A stretch of 64,000 bases of DNA from Phoronis australis (taxonomy: Eukaryota > Animalia > Phoronida), in NCBI GenBank assembly GCA_002633005.1, contig NMRA01000153.1:560580-624579 (forward strand), written 5' to 3'. The notes beneath the pieces are model-generated. The model saw only the letters and a list, made by a program, of their open reading frames with translations. It did not search any database and was not told where the DNA came from. A program made the translations under genes and the position numbers. Below are positions 37,889 through 51,868 of this stretch, one piece after another (position 1 is the first letter of the stretch; the number at the start of each line of letters is the position of its first letter).

Positions 37889-37998
37889 AAGTTATAGATG
37901 ACAATGTCCGGCACCCAAACTTTTTCTGGGGGTAGTCGAATACTTTTAACTCCACCGAAGTCTTTCGGATCCCACTTCAAGTTTTCAGATTGCCAGTA
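37889..37998 (-). CDS. nAChR alpha subunit, 110-bp loop A exon
   Basis: cag|YWQSENLKWDPKDFGGVKSIRLPPEKVWVPDIVIYN(F)|gtgagt. Confidence 0.95.
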
Positions 37999-40180
37999 CT
38001 GTAACAATTGTCAGTGCAGACGTATTAGTAGTAGTACAAAAATCAGTTCAACGTGACTTGTTTGTGTGTACTTGACGGTGAACGGAAATTCGCATGAGCA
38101 CCAGTTGGGATTCGAAGGTTTAACGCACTAGTATCCAAACACTCTAAAATGAACTAGTCTAACTACAGTTAGCTTTCTTGCTCAGGTGTAACAGTTGAAA
38201 AAGCTAATATTATAAATGCTAGACCAAAGTCAACGTTCCGCCAGAGTCAAGAATATCTATCACATGTCATTAACACCGTTTCTAAAATCTGTTGGTATAT
38301 TCAAGCTAATCTCTACCGAACCACGATGTTTCGGTCGGTCATGCCGCAGCGCTCGAAATAGACGGTGGTCCGGTGGCCCGGAGCAAGTGGATTTGCGGCC
38401 GGGCCAGTAACTTTAAAAGTTAACTTGGCACCCGGGGAAGTAAATTTTCAGATTCACAGGCCCGGCGGGGTCAGCACAGTATTTGCTGAAATTTGAACAC
38501 TGTCACGCAGTCGTGTCACTGTTCATAGACCGTGTAAACAGACCAATAGACTTTATAGATATGTTACAACACCATCTCAAAGCAGTTTAGGAAGTCAAAT
38601 CTGGCATTAAGAAACGTTTAGCTCTTCCCAGGAGATACAAAGAATGCCGAAATTCCCACGCTCCTGTCCAGCCCCCATCAGTGAAATTTCACCCCTGTGG
38701 ATGTGCTTATTTGATGGACTAACCTGCAAATTCGCCGATTTTTCGAGTCCACCAGCAAAACCCGACTGGTTCTAAATATGAAAGCCAATACACACCGGGT
38801 CCGAGAGATAAGGGTGCGTTCCGTAGACCGCAATCACTGCGGCAGAAATCGTTGCTCATGGAGCAGAAACACTATATTCAACCCCATGGTTAAACATTAG
38901 GACCTCACTGACCAATCACGCCAGAGGCCGCCATTTTGGTAGAAAGGCTAGTTATGGCACCATGATGTCTATGGATGGCATTCAATAGTTTTTGAGTCAC
39001 GGTTAAATTAACCTCCCGAAGTTCATTAAAAATTGGTGTCTGTCGGGTTGCTTTAAGTTTCATGATGCGTGTTAAGGCTACGAATGACATTTGCTTGATT
39101 TTTAGTCTGTTCTGAGAGAAAGATTGCCAGTTGTTGACCCATTGATCCACTTTTTGCCCAGCTTTTCTTAAACTTTACAGCTTGAAAGCAGGAAGTTGAA
39201 GTCTACCCCTCGACTTTTCACCTGATTTCTGTATTCTGAAGAGTTTTGGCGGTATGAATGCACTGCCTCTGAGTGCGTAGTAATCGAATGCGACTGGTGA
39301 CTTTTGGGTGAAAACTGCTGATTTGATGTATTTTTGCTCGTTTTTAAGTAGCCGGCTACACTTCCGGTAGTCGTAAAAGGTGGAAAATTGACTTTGGACT
39401 CCGTTTCAATAGATTTTGTACAAGGTTTGGCCAAGTATACTGCTCATATTTTCAGGTTTTTATACACCCTGTGGAACAGACTGTTGGAGCTGCCGCGACC
39501 TTTTTTTCCACCCAAAAATCAGCAAACTGTTGAGTGCCACCAGGACGCTCCCGAGCATATTCGCGAAACACTCGTCTCAGTTTCACTCGGTGATTTTGCT
39601 AGATCTTGCTTTTAACGCAAGAAACTTGGACAGTCTCCAGTTTAATGTCTTCATTTTCCGGCTAACGCAGAAAAACCGGCGAGCTGGCCAATTGATTATC
39701 AAGTGCAACTATATAAACAAGGTTATTCGAATAGATGTTTGATGGAGCAGTTAATTATGAGTTTAATCATGCACGAAAACAAAGAAAACACTGGTTAAAA
39801 GCAAAGCATTTGATTTTATGGAGCGGGTAATGGTGTACTCATTAGTATATTATCTGTCTAAAATAACACATGCATGTCATTACAAATGGCATTGAAGCAA
39901 TTACAGCCATTATGGGGGAGAGGTTTAACATCTCGGAAAAGTGAAACAATATAAATTAGAATGGTTCGTCATAGATCGCCAAGTGAACTGGAGTTTCATG
40001 GTCATAGGTGACAAACAATAAAAATCGTACTAATTAAAGTAGTGTTTGAAATATTCATTAAGCGTTATCGCTGTATCAGGAAGACATTGCTGTTGATTGA
40101 TCATTGATACACTAATTGACTTCTAGATAATTGTCTTTTATAGACTGATATAAGATTAAGTAACGATTTTAAATGTGTTC

Positions 40181-40416
40181 AATAATACGATGACGTAAAT
40201 TAATTATGAAAGTTGGATGAAATATCAATGCGTATCATTCAATATAACGTACTTGAAACAAGTAAAATAATACAATGACGTAAATTAGTTATGAAAGTTG
40301 GATGAAATATCAATGCATATCATTCAATATAACGTACTTGAAACAAGTAAAATAATACGATGACGTAAATTAGTTATGAAAGTTGGATGAAATATCAACT
40401 CGTATCGTTCAATATG
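40181..40416. repeat. 85-bp tandem repeat, ~2.8 copies
   Basis: The unit AATAATACGATGACGTAAATTA.TTATGAAAGTTGGATGAAATATCAA... starts at 40181, 40266 and 40351. Confidence 0.95.
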
Positions 40417-41409
40417 AAACACCCTTCTGGTATATTCTCTGTTTGCCACAGTCTCGAGCCTCAAGAAACGCAGCTGCTAAAACAAGCAAGGAGATCTTAA
40501 GCGTAATCTTCCATGGTTGCGTGGATTTTTAGCACAAAACAGAATTTTCTGTGCTCGGTGCTCAATGCTTGTGTTCAAACATTTTTTAGAGTCATTCCTT
40601 TTACCAAAGTACTGTTACATGTTTTCGATCAGCTAAAATAAAAAACTGACAAAATTTTAGAAATTTAATGGTTAGCTGATTAAGAATTGCCGATGTTGCT
40701 GCCAAAACCGAAGTAGACCTTGGTAAATTCTCAATTATTATTTGTTCATTTTTAAAACAAATCGCAATGATCAATCTAAACACAGGTGGAATTTCGTTTA
40801 AACAACCTCCGAGTATCAAACTATTAAGCGAAATGTAATTTTACAAACAAGTGAATGGAGTCAGACTGTTAAAGCCTGTCTTGAACGATAAAACGCGTAA
40901 ATTTAGCTCAATACTCTAATATGTTGACAGCATCGCTCTTACTACACTAAATTCATGAATTTCCAAATCTAATGAACAGTTCAGCTTATTGCCTGACTTC
41001 CGTCTACGTCAACGGTAGAATCTTCTGTTACGAACATGAATCCCACTAACATCGGTGTTCTATTCTGTATTCTCCGGTACCCGCGGGAGTAATTTTACCA
41101 CGGGTACCGACTTATATTCAAAACTATTGCGGACGGTCGTGTTATTTTTTGCTGTTATCTCGCGGTGACGCAATATGGCTTTACGTGTCATTTGACTTAC
41201 CGGCGTTACAGTGATCAAGTAGCATGTTGTTGTGTTTCTCATGAACACTTTAACATTCAAAATACAAAAATGGGTTGCGGAAAGGTTTTAACCATTAATG
41301 TTTCAGCAGATGTAAATCCGTAAAAACAGAGGGCACAAAATACCGCTAATGCTGTGCACTGCTTTGGCGGAAGCTTTCACTTTCGGATCACAAATTACTG
41401 AACATTCAG

Positions 41410-41646
41410 GGGACCGTTTCAAGATACTGAATTAATCTCATTTTTAGTTAAGTCTAAGATTTGTCTCATCCTCCAAACTTTGTAACTTCCACATCCGGTA
41501 AGTTAGTCAAAATTATGAAAAAGTCAAGTCAAACCTGAGATCTCTATCATATAACGGACTTAAGAAATACAAATTAAAGTTCTATCTTGAAATTGTCTGA
41601 AATTTAGGATTTGTCTTAGGTAAGTCAATTTTCTTGGAAGGGACCC
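41410..41646. mobile_element. Harbinger-type MITE, inverted sister of 24310-24542
   Basis: GGGACCGTTTCAAGA...TCTTGGAAGGGACCC with CAG TSD; the interior is the reverse complement of the 24.4-kb copy. Confidence 0.75.
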
Positions 41647-42279
41647 CAGGTCTACTACGAGGGTGCACTTCGTTGATGTTATTGTGTGAAGACGTGTTGG
41701 CAACTTTCGTGATGGCTGGTCACTTCAATGTACGCATTTTTTAAATTTTGATTCAAATGAACTTTTGTTATTCTAGATGTGTTGGATTACCCAGATAATT
41801 CTAACAGTGCTTTGGCTATACAGGAAAACACTATTTTACCACTCAAACGCATGTACGTCACATGAGACGTGAACTAGAATTTTCGCGCCATTTTGCGTCC
41901 ACGCGAGAAACAAGCAGCCAAAGGACGGTCGACAGACGTACATGTATGCATAGATATGAACCTCAGCCGGTGGAGGCGGTAGAAGCATCTATCTGGTAAA
42001 CGTGCTTTTTGTCAAAAACAAATTTTTGGTTTCCGCCACTCGCTCTTTATTCAAATGATTGTGAGGCTTTAGAACAATTGACATTTCTCTTAAGGTTCTT
42101 GTTGTACCAGTTTCAGTCGCTAAGGCAGTACGGCTATAGGGGATAATTCCAGACGATTTATTTTAAGTACTGTCAAGTCAAAGGTAAAGAGTGCTATACC
42201 CGTTTGCTTTCTAGACAAGAAACGCCAGCTTATGTTCGAGGCATATTTTGCTCGACATGATTTGTGGTTTAGTACTCAC

Positions 42280-42324
42280 CAGTCTCATGAACGTCATTGT
42301 TGTGAGGATTTGCACCTTTTCTTC
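42280..42324 (-). CDS. nAChR alpha subunit, 45-bp loop D exon
   Basis: cag|EEKVQILTTMTFMRL|gtgagt; equivalent to the conserved 45-bp DEKNQVLTTNIWLQM exon. Confidence 0.9.
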
Positions 42325-42378
42325 CTGGAAAAATACAACGATTAAAATTAACATGAAACGCGGATGAGCAACATATGA

Positions 42379-42534
42379 CAGTGGCGGATTTAAGGGATGG
42401 CCAAGGGGTCACACCCCCCCCCTAAAATTTTCCCAGATTCCACTTGGCAGTTCGGGGATGCGAATGTCTGACGGACAAATTCCTGGCTAATACTCTGCCC
42501 TGTCCCCCAACTCAAAATCCTGGATCCGCCCATG
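42379..42534. mobile_element. MITE with CAGTGGCGGAT-type TIR
   Basis: CAGTGGCGGAT...ATCCGCCCATG with 5-bp TSD TATGA; related ends at ~33300, ~37308 and ~53460. Confidence 0.7.
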
Positions 42535-42824
42535 TATGAGAGTGGCTTTTAGTATTTTAATGTGTCTGGTCTTGTTTACTTCACTGGATTTATATAAATT
42601 TCAGTGTAGGCCTGCAAGATTAGCCGAAGCATGCACAGACGAGCGGCTAAGAGAGTTTATCGGTGCATGCGGTTTTCAAAAAAGAAAAACATATAAAAAT
42701 ACTATTCACCAGGTTTCCAGGCAAAATAAATTCGCTTCAGAAAAAATAATTAAATGACGGGTACACCAAACACTGAACACCAAGGTTAAGGGGGATGGGG
42801 GGGCTATAGCCCCACTTTTTGTAA

Positions 42825-43020
42825 GCTCAGTCCTGGGCCTCCCACTGCCACTTTTACGCACAACAGACTCTGTGATGCGTATTTTAGCAATATAAGTCTA
42901 TTTACAGTCGCACGACTCCACCCTTTTCCTGGTAACTCCATTACGATTCTTCTTCCGCTCCACTCTTTCTCCTTGAAACAGGTTTCACTTGTAAATTGAT
43001 CACTTTCACTCAAAGACATC
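42825..43020 (-). mobile_element. Tc1/mariner-type transposase N-terminal HTH remnant
   Basis: MSLSESDQ..KEKEWSGRRIVMELPGKGWSRATVNRLI, followed by a frameshifted GSGRPRT motif. Confidence 0.6.
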
Positions 43021-46000
43021 CTTAACAGAAATTTTGTACAGAACTGAATTTGATACAGCTCTGACAATAAAAAACAGTAGACTTGAGACCAAGGCAGGAG
43101 TTTTTTTTGACTGACAGATGGCAGCACAGCATGAACACGATGAAAGAAAGTCACAGTGATATTGCGTTTTTCACCCCGCTGTAAATCCACTGATGCAATC
43201 CAGACGAAGGGCAGTGAATTTCATTTCCTGTTTCTCGTGGTACTCCACAAGCGGTATGAACCATAATTAGAGATACGGAAACACGCAAATCACTGCTTGA
43301 AGCCCGCGTCTATCAGTTTTACTATTATCTGTTGGCTCTATCATCACCATCAAAACTTTCATTTTGAGCCAACGTGTAGAAGATGGTACACATGTCCAGC
43401 AAATATTCAATATTCTGAGGATGCTTTATACATCCAATATAGTATAGCACTGGTCCGTACACTAGTTAATGTACCTTCACCATTCAGTAAGTTCACAAGT
43501 TTTCTGTAACGAGGTGTCGACGAAACGCAAGTGACGGTATCTACCCAAAATCTTTTAGAGCCTAGGGTTGTTCGCGAAGTTCCAGCTCATAGATTACTTT
43601 GGGTGGACCGGCAGCTGCGTAGCTGTGTAATTTTAAAACCCTTTTTTCTTCAAACTATTCTATAAAAACAGCACCAAAGTACCATTTGTTTGCGATAACT
43701 GGAAATCTGAGAAGGCAGTTTCCTGGCAGGAGAAATCTACAATGGCTATCCCCATTGCAGAGGGAAAAGCCCATCTACTTACCGCATTTATGGCGAGTTA
43801 CGTGTAGATATAGATCTTTTCTAGACAAAAATTTCTGTATTCACTCTCATTAACTTGTTTGTGATGTTCCAGAGCCTCACTCCTTATTCTCTTGGATTCG
43901 TAATCAAAAACTTTCAGAATCCAACACCAACCATAATGTTCAATTCATATAAGAATTGCTTTGCATCTCTTAATTGAACGAGTGTTGTTGACTCACGGGA
44001 AAGATGTTAGCAGCACAGGCTTGGCGACAAAGCTTATTCACAATTCACAAGAATTGGCCATTTTTACAATATTTCACATATGTCTAGCAAAATGTCTTTT
44101 CTGCATTCTCGGGGAACTTCAAATGCAAAATATATACCGTGTAGTGAAAAAAAAAGATTTAACAGAACCACCTTTGAACAGCACAACCGCGTGGAAATTT
44201 GTTTACTACTAATCTGAGGTCAAAGGTTGCTGTCGCTAAAATCGAATCCCACGCCAGGCACAGAGCAGCTTCGTATGTACCCTCAGTCCTTTCATTCACC
44301 GAGATGACTCCGTAATATTGCGACTACGACGTGTACATATAATAGAAAAATGTCGGGGAAAACAAAATGTAGCTTTGATCCTGATGGTGGTGTGTGTCTG
44401 CATGCATACGACCGTTGAAAACGAATGCTACGAGTCTCCTAAAGCCTCTGTGACTTAGCGTTCACGAAGACAGCAAGTTGTGAAAAGAGATAAATCCTCA
44501 CCCAAATTCTTTAATTCTGATAATTTGACATTTCGCTGTTTCGATCTCGTGCTCACGACGTGCTTTAACCACAGACTCGATTTCTGTTATCCACTTCGTA
44601 CTTGGGTTTCAAATCAGTTTCCCAGCGCGTGGTTTCTCTAACAAAGAACTGTTGACCTGTGTTAAAGTGGACCAAATGCACCAACTTGACCCACTTAATG
44701 TGTTGGCTCCGCCCGTGACCAAACTGGACTCTATGCCTTTGAATTCAACTAAACGTTTTTTTGATAATTAAGGTGACTTTGCGCGTGAATGTTGAAGTAA
44801 TGAACGCGGCTGATAGGTGTATAGGTTACATTGACTGAAAACAAGTTTTCACCTAATAATTAACCGATGAGTTTGAGACTTTCACCTCTCATAACTTATC
44901 GGCTTTTTCTCGGCTTCGGCAAATCGACTTAATTTAACTTAGGAACACGAGTTCTCGAAAACGGCTCGGTGGATTTCGCTGAAACTTTCCAAACTTAATA
45001 TTTATTCATCAATCTCATAAACGCTATTGATAGGATTTTTGATATTAAAGCCTAGTTTTTGCGTAATATAACAAAGACGAAAACGACTGCTTTTTTACAA
45101 AAATACCCCATGTTTTGCGAGTAGATTTGTCATAGAAACCAAACTGAAAGAGTAATCGAAAATTCATTAAAGTCGACTGAGGGGTTATTTTTGCCATCAT
45201 TGTACCTTTCTTATGATAAAATTTTGACTTACAAAAAGTGTTGACGTAATGATGATAATGGTACATAAATATAAAGTATATTTTTATATTCCATAATATT
45301 TTTTCTTTCAGAAAATTTATAGCTTTACTAGTTGACAAAGCCCAGATTTTTTGATAAACGAATTAGAATGGAGGTTACTAAATAAGGTTTGAGATAACCT
45401 TAAACATATTGAGTGATTTACTGAAAAAAACGCCATGCTCGTGTTTTTACAACATTCTTGTTGCAGTGAAAGCTCTTAGCTCAAGTGGAAAATCAATGAT
45501 AAACCATGTTATTATGCAGTGAAAACTCGTTGCTGTAAGTCACACTACAGGTGCTATTGCAGAGAGAATAAAGACGTAGCTGAGGTCCAGTATGCCGCAA
45601 AGACGATTTAGTCATTTGGCTATTTTAAAGAGGGACAAGGAACACGTTGACAATTTGGATTTCGTAGCCGTTTGTAATGAGTTTGCAAGTTTAAATCATA
45701 ATTGCACCCTTCATTTTGAAAAGCTTACAACCAAAGACCTCGAGAAATAAATATGTTTAAAATCAAGACACTGCAAATATCAAATTAATCCAAAACACAA
45801 AAGTATCAGGATTGATGAGTAATGATATTTATTTATTATTTGGAGTGTAAACTTAAACAGTTAGGTATAACGAGTTTGTTTGGCATGCTTATTAAAGAGG
45901 TTTCGCAAAGCGACGTGAACGTGAATTCTCACGCATTTGTAATACCGCACCATACATGCCATTGTTGGTTGTGACGTAATCCCAATAGTGTTTGAGTATT

Positions 46001-46899
46001 CTTCGCGAATACAGGGAAGTTTGCGTTGCTTTAAACGCGAAACCTGTGGTCCCTTTTTACTTCTTATTTGGTAAGATATCGAAAATATTTTTTTGTTTTC
46101 ATAGGGTTCTCAATCTTTCCTCTTTGCTTCAGTATAAAATGAAAACGATTCTTTTGTCTAAAAATGTTCTTAAAGTTTAGTTGCAAGAAAGCCCTTTTTC
46201 CAAATTCCTCATGTTGCTGGGTTAGCTGGATATCATCGAACTAGAACGGATATGATTTTTGTTTTTAAATTTTTTACATGCTTAATTTACAAGCATCCAT
46301 TTATTTCAAACTCCAAATAAATTTCGCATACTAAGAGTTCGTAGAAGCGACTTTTTTCACATACAACATATATTTTTATCTAGCGGATATGTACTACGAT
46401 AACTGGAGCTCAGTTACTCAGTTCACGTTTACTTTCACGTTCACGTAAAAATTTGGCTGTTGCAAAACCCATTTTTGTTACAATAACGTGAATCGGCAAG
46501 CGCAATTTTGTATGCGCCATAATTCACGTTCAGATCGCTTTGTGAAACCTCTCTGTTGTAACTGTAACGTGAATCGGCACGCGAAATTATGTATGCGCCA
46601 TAATTCACGTTCACTTCGCTTTGCGAAACTTCTCCAATATTCCGCCGCAAACATGTAACAGTTACGCTATTTTCATTACTTAACGTAAGATTATATCAGT
46701 GTCTTTTTGTCACCTTTTGTAATTGCGACAGTCACCGTAGGTTTCAGCCCACCTCACTCTTTAAAGCCCTCCGCCGCCCCTTCAAATCACATTCGAATCA
46801 CCTCGGTTAGTTTTGCAGCGTAAAAGAAATGCTTCTGAGACTTGTCTGGCAAAAAAATGGCCTTCGGAACGCTGTCCTGTTTGATTTTTTCAGTTTTCA

Positions 46900-48100
46900 G
46901 GGCTATAGCCACGTGTTTTTAGTTGTGTTTAGTCCTTTTGCGAGTTTATAACAATAACACGGGATTATGTGAGACTTAACTGTGACGTCACCGGAAGTGG
47001 GGCAAAAGCTTGTCGTTTGGCCATTTGCCGGATACGGTAGCACAGTGTATTCTGTTGTTCATTTCGAGTTTTTAATCTTTTAGTGTGAAAAATGCTAAAC
47101 AAGCATTACTGTTATGGCAAATGAAATTTAGATTCGCACTGCAATACGTTCCATCGCGTTCTGTACTAATTTCGTCCCGTGTATTTTAAACGGGCGGTAG
47201 GCGAAATCCGCTCACAGATTAAGTTTTCACCTCGTCAAAAATACATACCACGCCTAAAATTATCACCTTAAAAGGCGCTTACTTTCTTGAGTGATCCTTT
47301 CTGCTTCTAAACATAAACCTTCGATGAAGCATAGCTGCGGGAATTTAGGTGACTTTGGCGAAGAATTCCAACTTCACTTTTTGGTTACTGATAACTTTGA
47401 CCGCGCGCGATAATCACAAAATATTTCAACTGAGTCAGGTGAGTATGAGGCAAAGGCTAGCGCGGCGAGACTGAGCGAAGCGCGAGAACTGGCGCGTGAC
47501 ACTTGCACAATAGCATGGGAAAATATCAAGTGAAATTTCTAAGATTTGTGTCCCTTGGACTTTTCGTACGTCAACAGGCGTGATTTGACGCAGCTTCCTC
47601 AAAATGGCGCCTGGTGAGAGAAACTCGAGCGAACTGCGAGGTTTTCATGGATATGTTCAAGTTATTTGTAGACTAAATTGTATCCAAAGTCAGGGTATGG
47701 GCTAATTAAAACTCCATGTGCACATATGCATGTTTCAATTGATTTCATTTGCTGTATTTTGAAATGAGTAACTTTTTATGGGGATACACTATCGCCCCTG
47801 TATGCCTGCGGCATTCAGGCCTAGACCGCGTCGAGTTCCAATTTCAGTCCGTTCACAGCTTCACACAACATAACAAGTTCACATTTTCGTCGTCCATTCA
47901 CAGTTATTCCACGATCCATCTACCATCCCTTAAATAGTGTTAACGTTTTAAGCGTAAAATTCACCATAAGAACTCCAGTAAGATTTCGCGTGTGAAGCAA
48001 AGACTCGGTGCAAAACAAGAACAATATAGCTGGTTTTGCCCTCCTTCCGGTGACGTCACATTGGCTAACTGGAAACTCGCAAGTGAGCTAATTCAGGGCC
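46900..48100. mobile_element. Inverted-repeat element hosting a nested repeat (47160-47822)
   Basis: TGTGACGTCACCGGAAG (46981-46997) and CTTCCGGTGACGTCACA (48044-48060) plus flanking partial IRs; outer limits are approximate. Confidence 0.55.
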
Positions 48101-50719
48101 ACCGAGGACGGAGATCTAAGTCCGGTAAATACAAATGAGCTGAGCTCATAGCTCACATCTGTAGCAAAATGAATCACGAAGATTTGCCTTGCGATATGGT
48201 GAAGCGATTACCTCACTTGCTAGATTTCTCCTATCTTAGAGACTAAGATGCAAGATTCTCACAAATAAAGCTAGTGTGATCACGTGCTCCGCTTGCGTGA
48301 TCTTGGGTTTTCGCGAGTGTAGTGCGTCTACGGAACGGGCACCTACGAAGCGTAAATCTCCAGCTAAGGTGCGCGAAGTGCTTAGACAATGGAAACTAAT
48401 TAATGAATCACCTGATAACAACAAATCTCTATCGCATACTCATTGTAACCGTGTGCACTACATTTACGCTGATTACTGAAAACGTACATTATAGTTCAGT
48501 GGGTATTTTGCCTCGCTATATGTTTAGGTGACAAAGACATGAGGCAATTTCACTTGCTGCAGACAGCTTAGCTCGCAGATCTCCGTTGTGACCCTAAGGC
48601 TATAAACTGATTGACATTATCTCAACATAACTGAAAGGATTGAAATAAAAGCAACGCTGTAATCCACTGGGACTGGAAGCTCATTTCATGGTTGGCTGAA
48701 CGAGGCACCCAATAGCTCATTCTCCGTTGACAGAGTGTAAATTATGTATACCGTAAAATCCCCTGACCATTATTTGAGTATACGACCAAGGCCTTATTGT
48801 CCGGATCTCTTAAGGTGGCTATGAACCGGCCTTTTCTAAAACAAAGGTTGACATTTTACACATTGCCATGCACGTTATTTGTTATTTGCACTTAGTTAGT
48901 GGTATTGAGCATACTTTCACTATGTTAGAATGAATCAAACTCATATGCATCAATCTTTAACCGCAGCGACATCACAGGAAAGCAAGTTGGTATTTTTCAC
49001 AATAAATTTTATGGAAATCAGTAAAGTAAATGCTGACATGTGTCATATGGTCACGTAGGCCTACGTTATTTTATGATCTATTGTACCGAGTAAGTACTAT
49101 AACTATGCATACTTCAACTACACGGAGATGAATCACGTAACTTCATGTACAGCTACTGTGCCTCAATATTTGAACACAAACTTCAATTAAGCTACAATGT
49201 AAATTGATTTCACATTAAATTTTGTAAAAACTAGTAAAATAAGGGTTGACAAGTTATACGTTGCCATGCAGGATACTTTAGAAGGTAGGTGTTGTTGAGC
49301 ATACCTGAACTCTGCTGGAGGTAAATCAAGATCATATTATATGTACACCAAAGGTATACAGCCATTGCCATAAAAGTTATTTCATTGCCTATTGAACTTT
49401 CCACCGTTCATTATTTTATGAATTTCTGAGGTGCCAGTTAGCTGATATGTAACGAATACCACAAAATCTAAATAAATAAGCACTTTTTCCGCCAAATGGT
49501 CACGAATTTTTAAATTTTTAAGAAAAATTAGTTATTTCCAAGTTTCCCGCCAAATGATGTGGAAGACATTTGGTCACTTGACAATCAATTGCAATAGCGG
49601 AACACAACACTTCAGAAGACGAAGATGATTTTGAGCGAGAACTGGACAATTATAGTTTTGGAGACAGAAAGGAGAGTGGATACGGGTATCACACTCAAGT
49701 ACTTGAAGAATCAGACAATGAATTCGATTTCCCACTAAGCGGACTTTCGTCCGTATGAACTCGACCTACTTGCACCAGGAATGCTTTGCAGACATTTGTG
49801 AGCCACAACCAATTGAACCAAGGGGTGATCAATATTCACAAAATATACACTTAAAAATCATTGACAAAGGCCACAGTAAACCTGGATCCCTCGTATCCAT
49901 TACCGCCATGATGGAATGAGCACAGTCTAAACACAATGCACAAGCCTACTTGTCGTAGCACTCGATCTGGACGTTTCGAAGCGAATTCCACCCTGTTTGT
50001 TTAATGATTTGATGAGCGTTTGATTTGTTAGTATTGTCCAACATACCATATTTAATTCGAATACAATTGAACATTGTAACAATACTTGGACTCACAGCAA
50101 ACAATTTGCAAGACTTTCTAATGGGCAGATTGCAGATCGATGACCATTCGCCTTACAAGTTAAGTTCCATGCACTGATCTTCCAGCCACAGTTCGCAGAC
50201 GACATTTCAATACCAACCCATTCCTGGATCTGGAGTTGCAATCTACGGCTTATGTAGTATTTGTAAGAAACTCACGCAGGGAAGAAGTGTATATAAGGTT
50301 AGACTGGCACTATGCTTGCAACAATAAGTTTCACACTGAATTTCTTGTACCTGAGAACACACCTTGGTGAAGTTTGCCACAAACAAAGTAGGGCTGTCAC
50401 TTGCAAAGATGGTGTCCTCTTTATTGGTTCCTCGGCTCATAAATTGGTTTGCCTGATCTTGGAACTGACTGTTAGATTTGATTAACGAGATTGGTAATTT
50501 CTTTCTCAAACAATAAACTCTGCATGTGGTCACATCATGCTAAGAATGGCATGCAGTGACAGAATGTTGTCATTGTTAATGGTGGGTACAGTGAGCAACC
50601 AAGTAGCAAGGACTGCACATTTTTTAATGTGATACGAGTCTGGATCCATGAAACTATCAATTGCAAAGATCAAATATGGCAATCAGTTCGAAGATCAGGC
50701 ATACGTATTCATGAGCCAA

Positions 50720-51175
50720 TGAGCTAGTAAAGAGGACATTGGCTGTGTGGATGTAACAGCTCTAGTTTGCTTGTACAATGGCAACTCTCGCTTTACAGGT
50801 ATCAGAAATTCTGTGTGAAAGCTGAAGCAGTAAACACAATGCCAGTTCATGCCGGTGCACTTCCTCCTACGTTAGCTTCAGTAAAGTACAGTTACCTTGT
50901 ATTGTATCATTACTCAAGACCAAGCAATGGTTAGGTGTTGAAATGTCTCGTTCTGTGGACTGGGGCTGGAAAGTCAAGGCGGGGAACTTTCTGCCAATCG
51001 TGACCGAACTACAACCTGCTCCACAGAAATTCATGGAACTCGTTCGTTGTACTTGCAAGTCTGGCTCCGAGAACATGAGGTGCTCTTATAGGAAACATGG
51101 CGGGACCACCTTTACTGCTTGTTGCAGCTACTATAGTAGTGCATGCGCTAATGCTCCTGATTCTGACTCTGCTGA
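50720..51175 (+). mobile_element. Academ(X)-like protein C-terminal remnant (Cys-rich/CXC-like finger)
   Basis: ALVCLYNG..YRYQKFC..LPPTLAS..KQWLG..WGWKVKAGNFLPIVTELQPAPQKFMELVRCTCKSG..RCSYRKHG..ACC..CAN; frameshifted, with several Cys lost. Confidence 0.65.
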
Positions 51176-51730
51176 CGGAGATATCTTATATATGCTGGAT
51201 GCTGGAGTGAATGTCCCATTTATTTGTACATTGCGTGAACATTCAGGATATATCGATTGAAGCTTTACAGGACATGTCACTTTTATCATCACAGTATTCG
51301 TCAAGTTTCGAGGCTTGTATCTCAAAAATTATGTCTGATCTATTCCCTCACTTTTCAACAAAAATTATTCATATAAGGAATAATCTAAAACACGTGACTC
51401 TTGACTAAATGTTTCAATACTAGTGTTGACTTGATTTTGCTTTATAAATAATTCACGAGTTTGCAGGTTTTAAGGTTTTACTCATGTTTAAAATTGATAT
51501 TCCGTCGAGCATGGATTGTAGTTAAGAAATCCTCTAATCCGTCTCTTTATGCTGTGAAGTTTTACTAAAGTAAATAAATATCAATTTGATTTTTCATATG
51601 ACATGCGTCGTATGCTTGTATTACCAGTTTGTTAATAAAGCGCACTGTTGCCTTCATTATCTCAAATATTTGCTAAATTGCACCATGTTTATGCACCTGC
51701 ATCACCACCTGCAGCTGAGACCTGCCTCTC

Positions 51731-51868
51731 GTTCAGTAACGCTAGGACCTCGCTAAAAAGCAAGACTTCGAGGGATTACGTGAAATATTGCCGTGTATTT
51801 TGAATGAGAACACGTGACCTTGGTTAGATTTTAGGTAGGTCCTAGCGTAGGTCCTAGCGTTACTGAAC
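51731..51868. mobile_element. MITE (copy 1)
   Basis: TIR GTTCAGTAACGCTAGGACCT / AGGTCCTAGCGTTACTGAAC; sister copy at 61958-62094 and a half copy at ~3240. Confidence 0.75.

Noticed and set aside
44939-45650. Long terminal direct repeats of a Kolobok-like element (AGGAACACG twice)
   Set aside because: The similarity is limited to about 9 bp and no extended direct repeat or TSD was seen.
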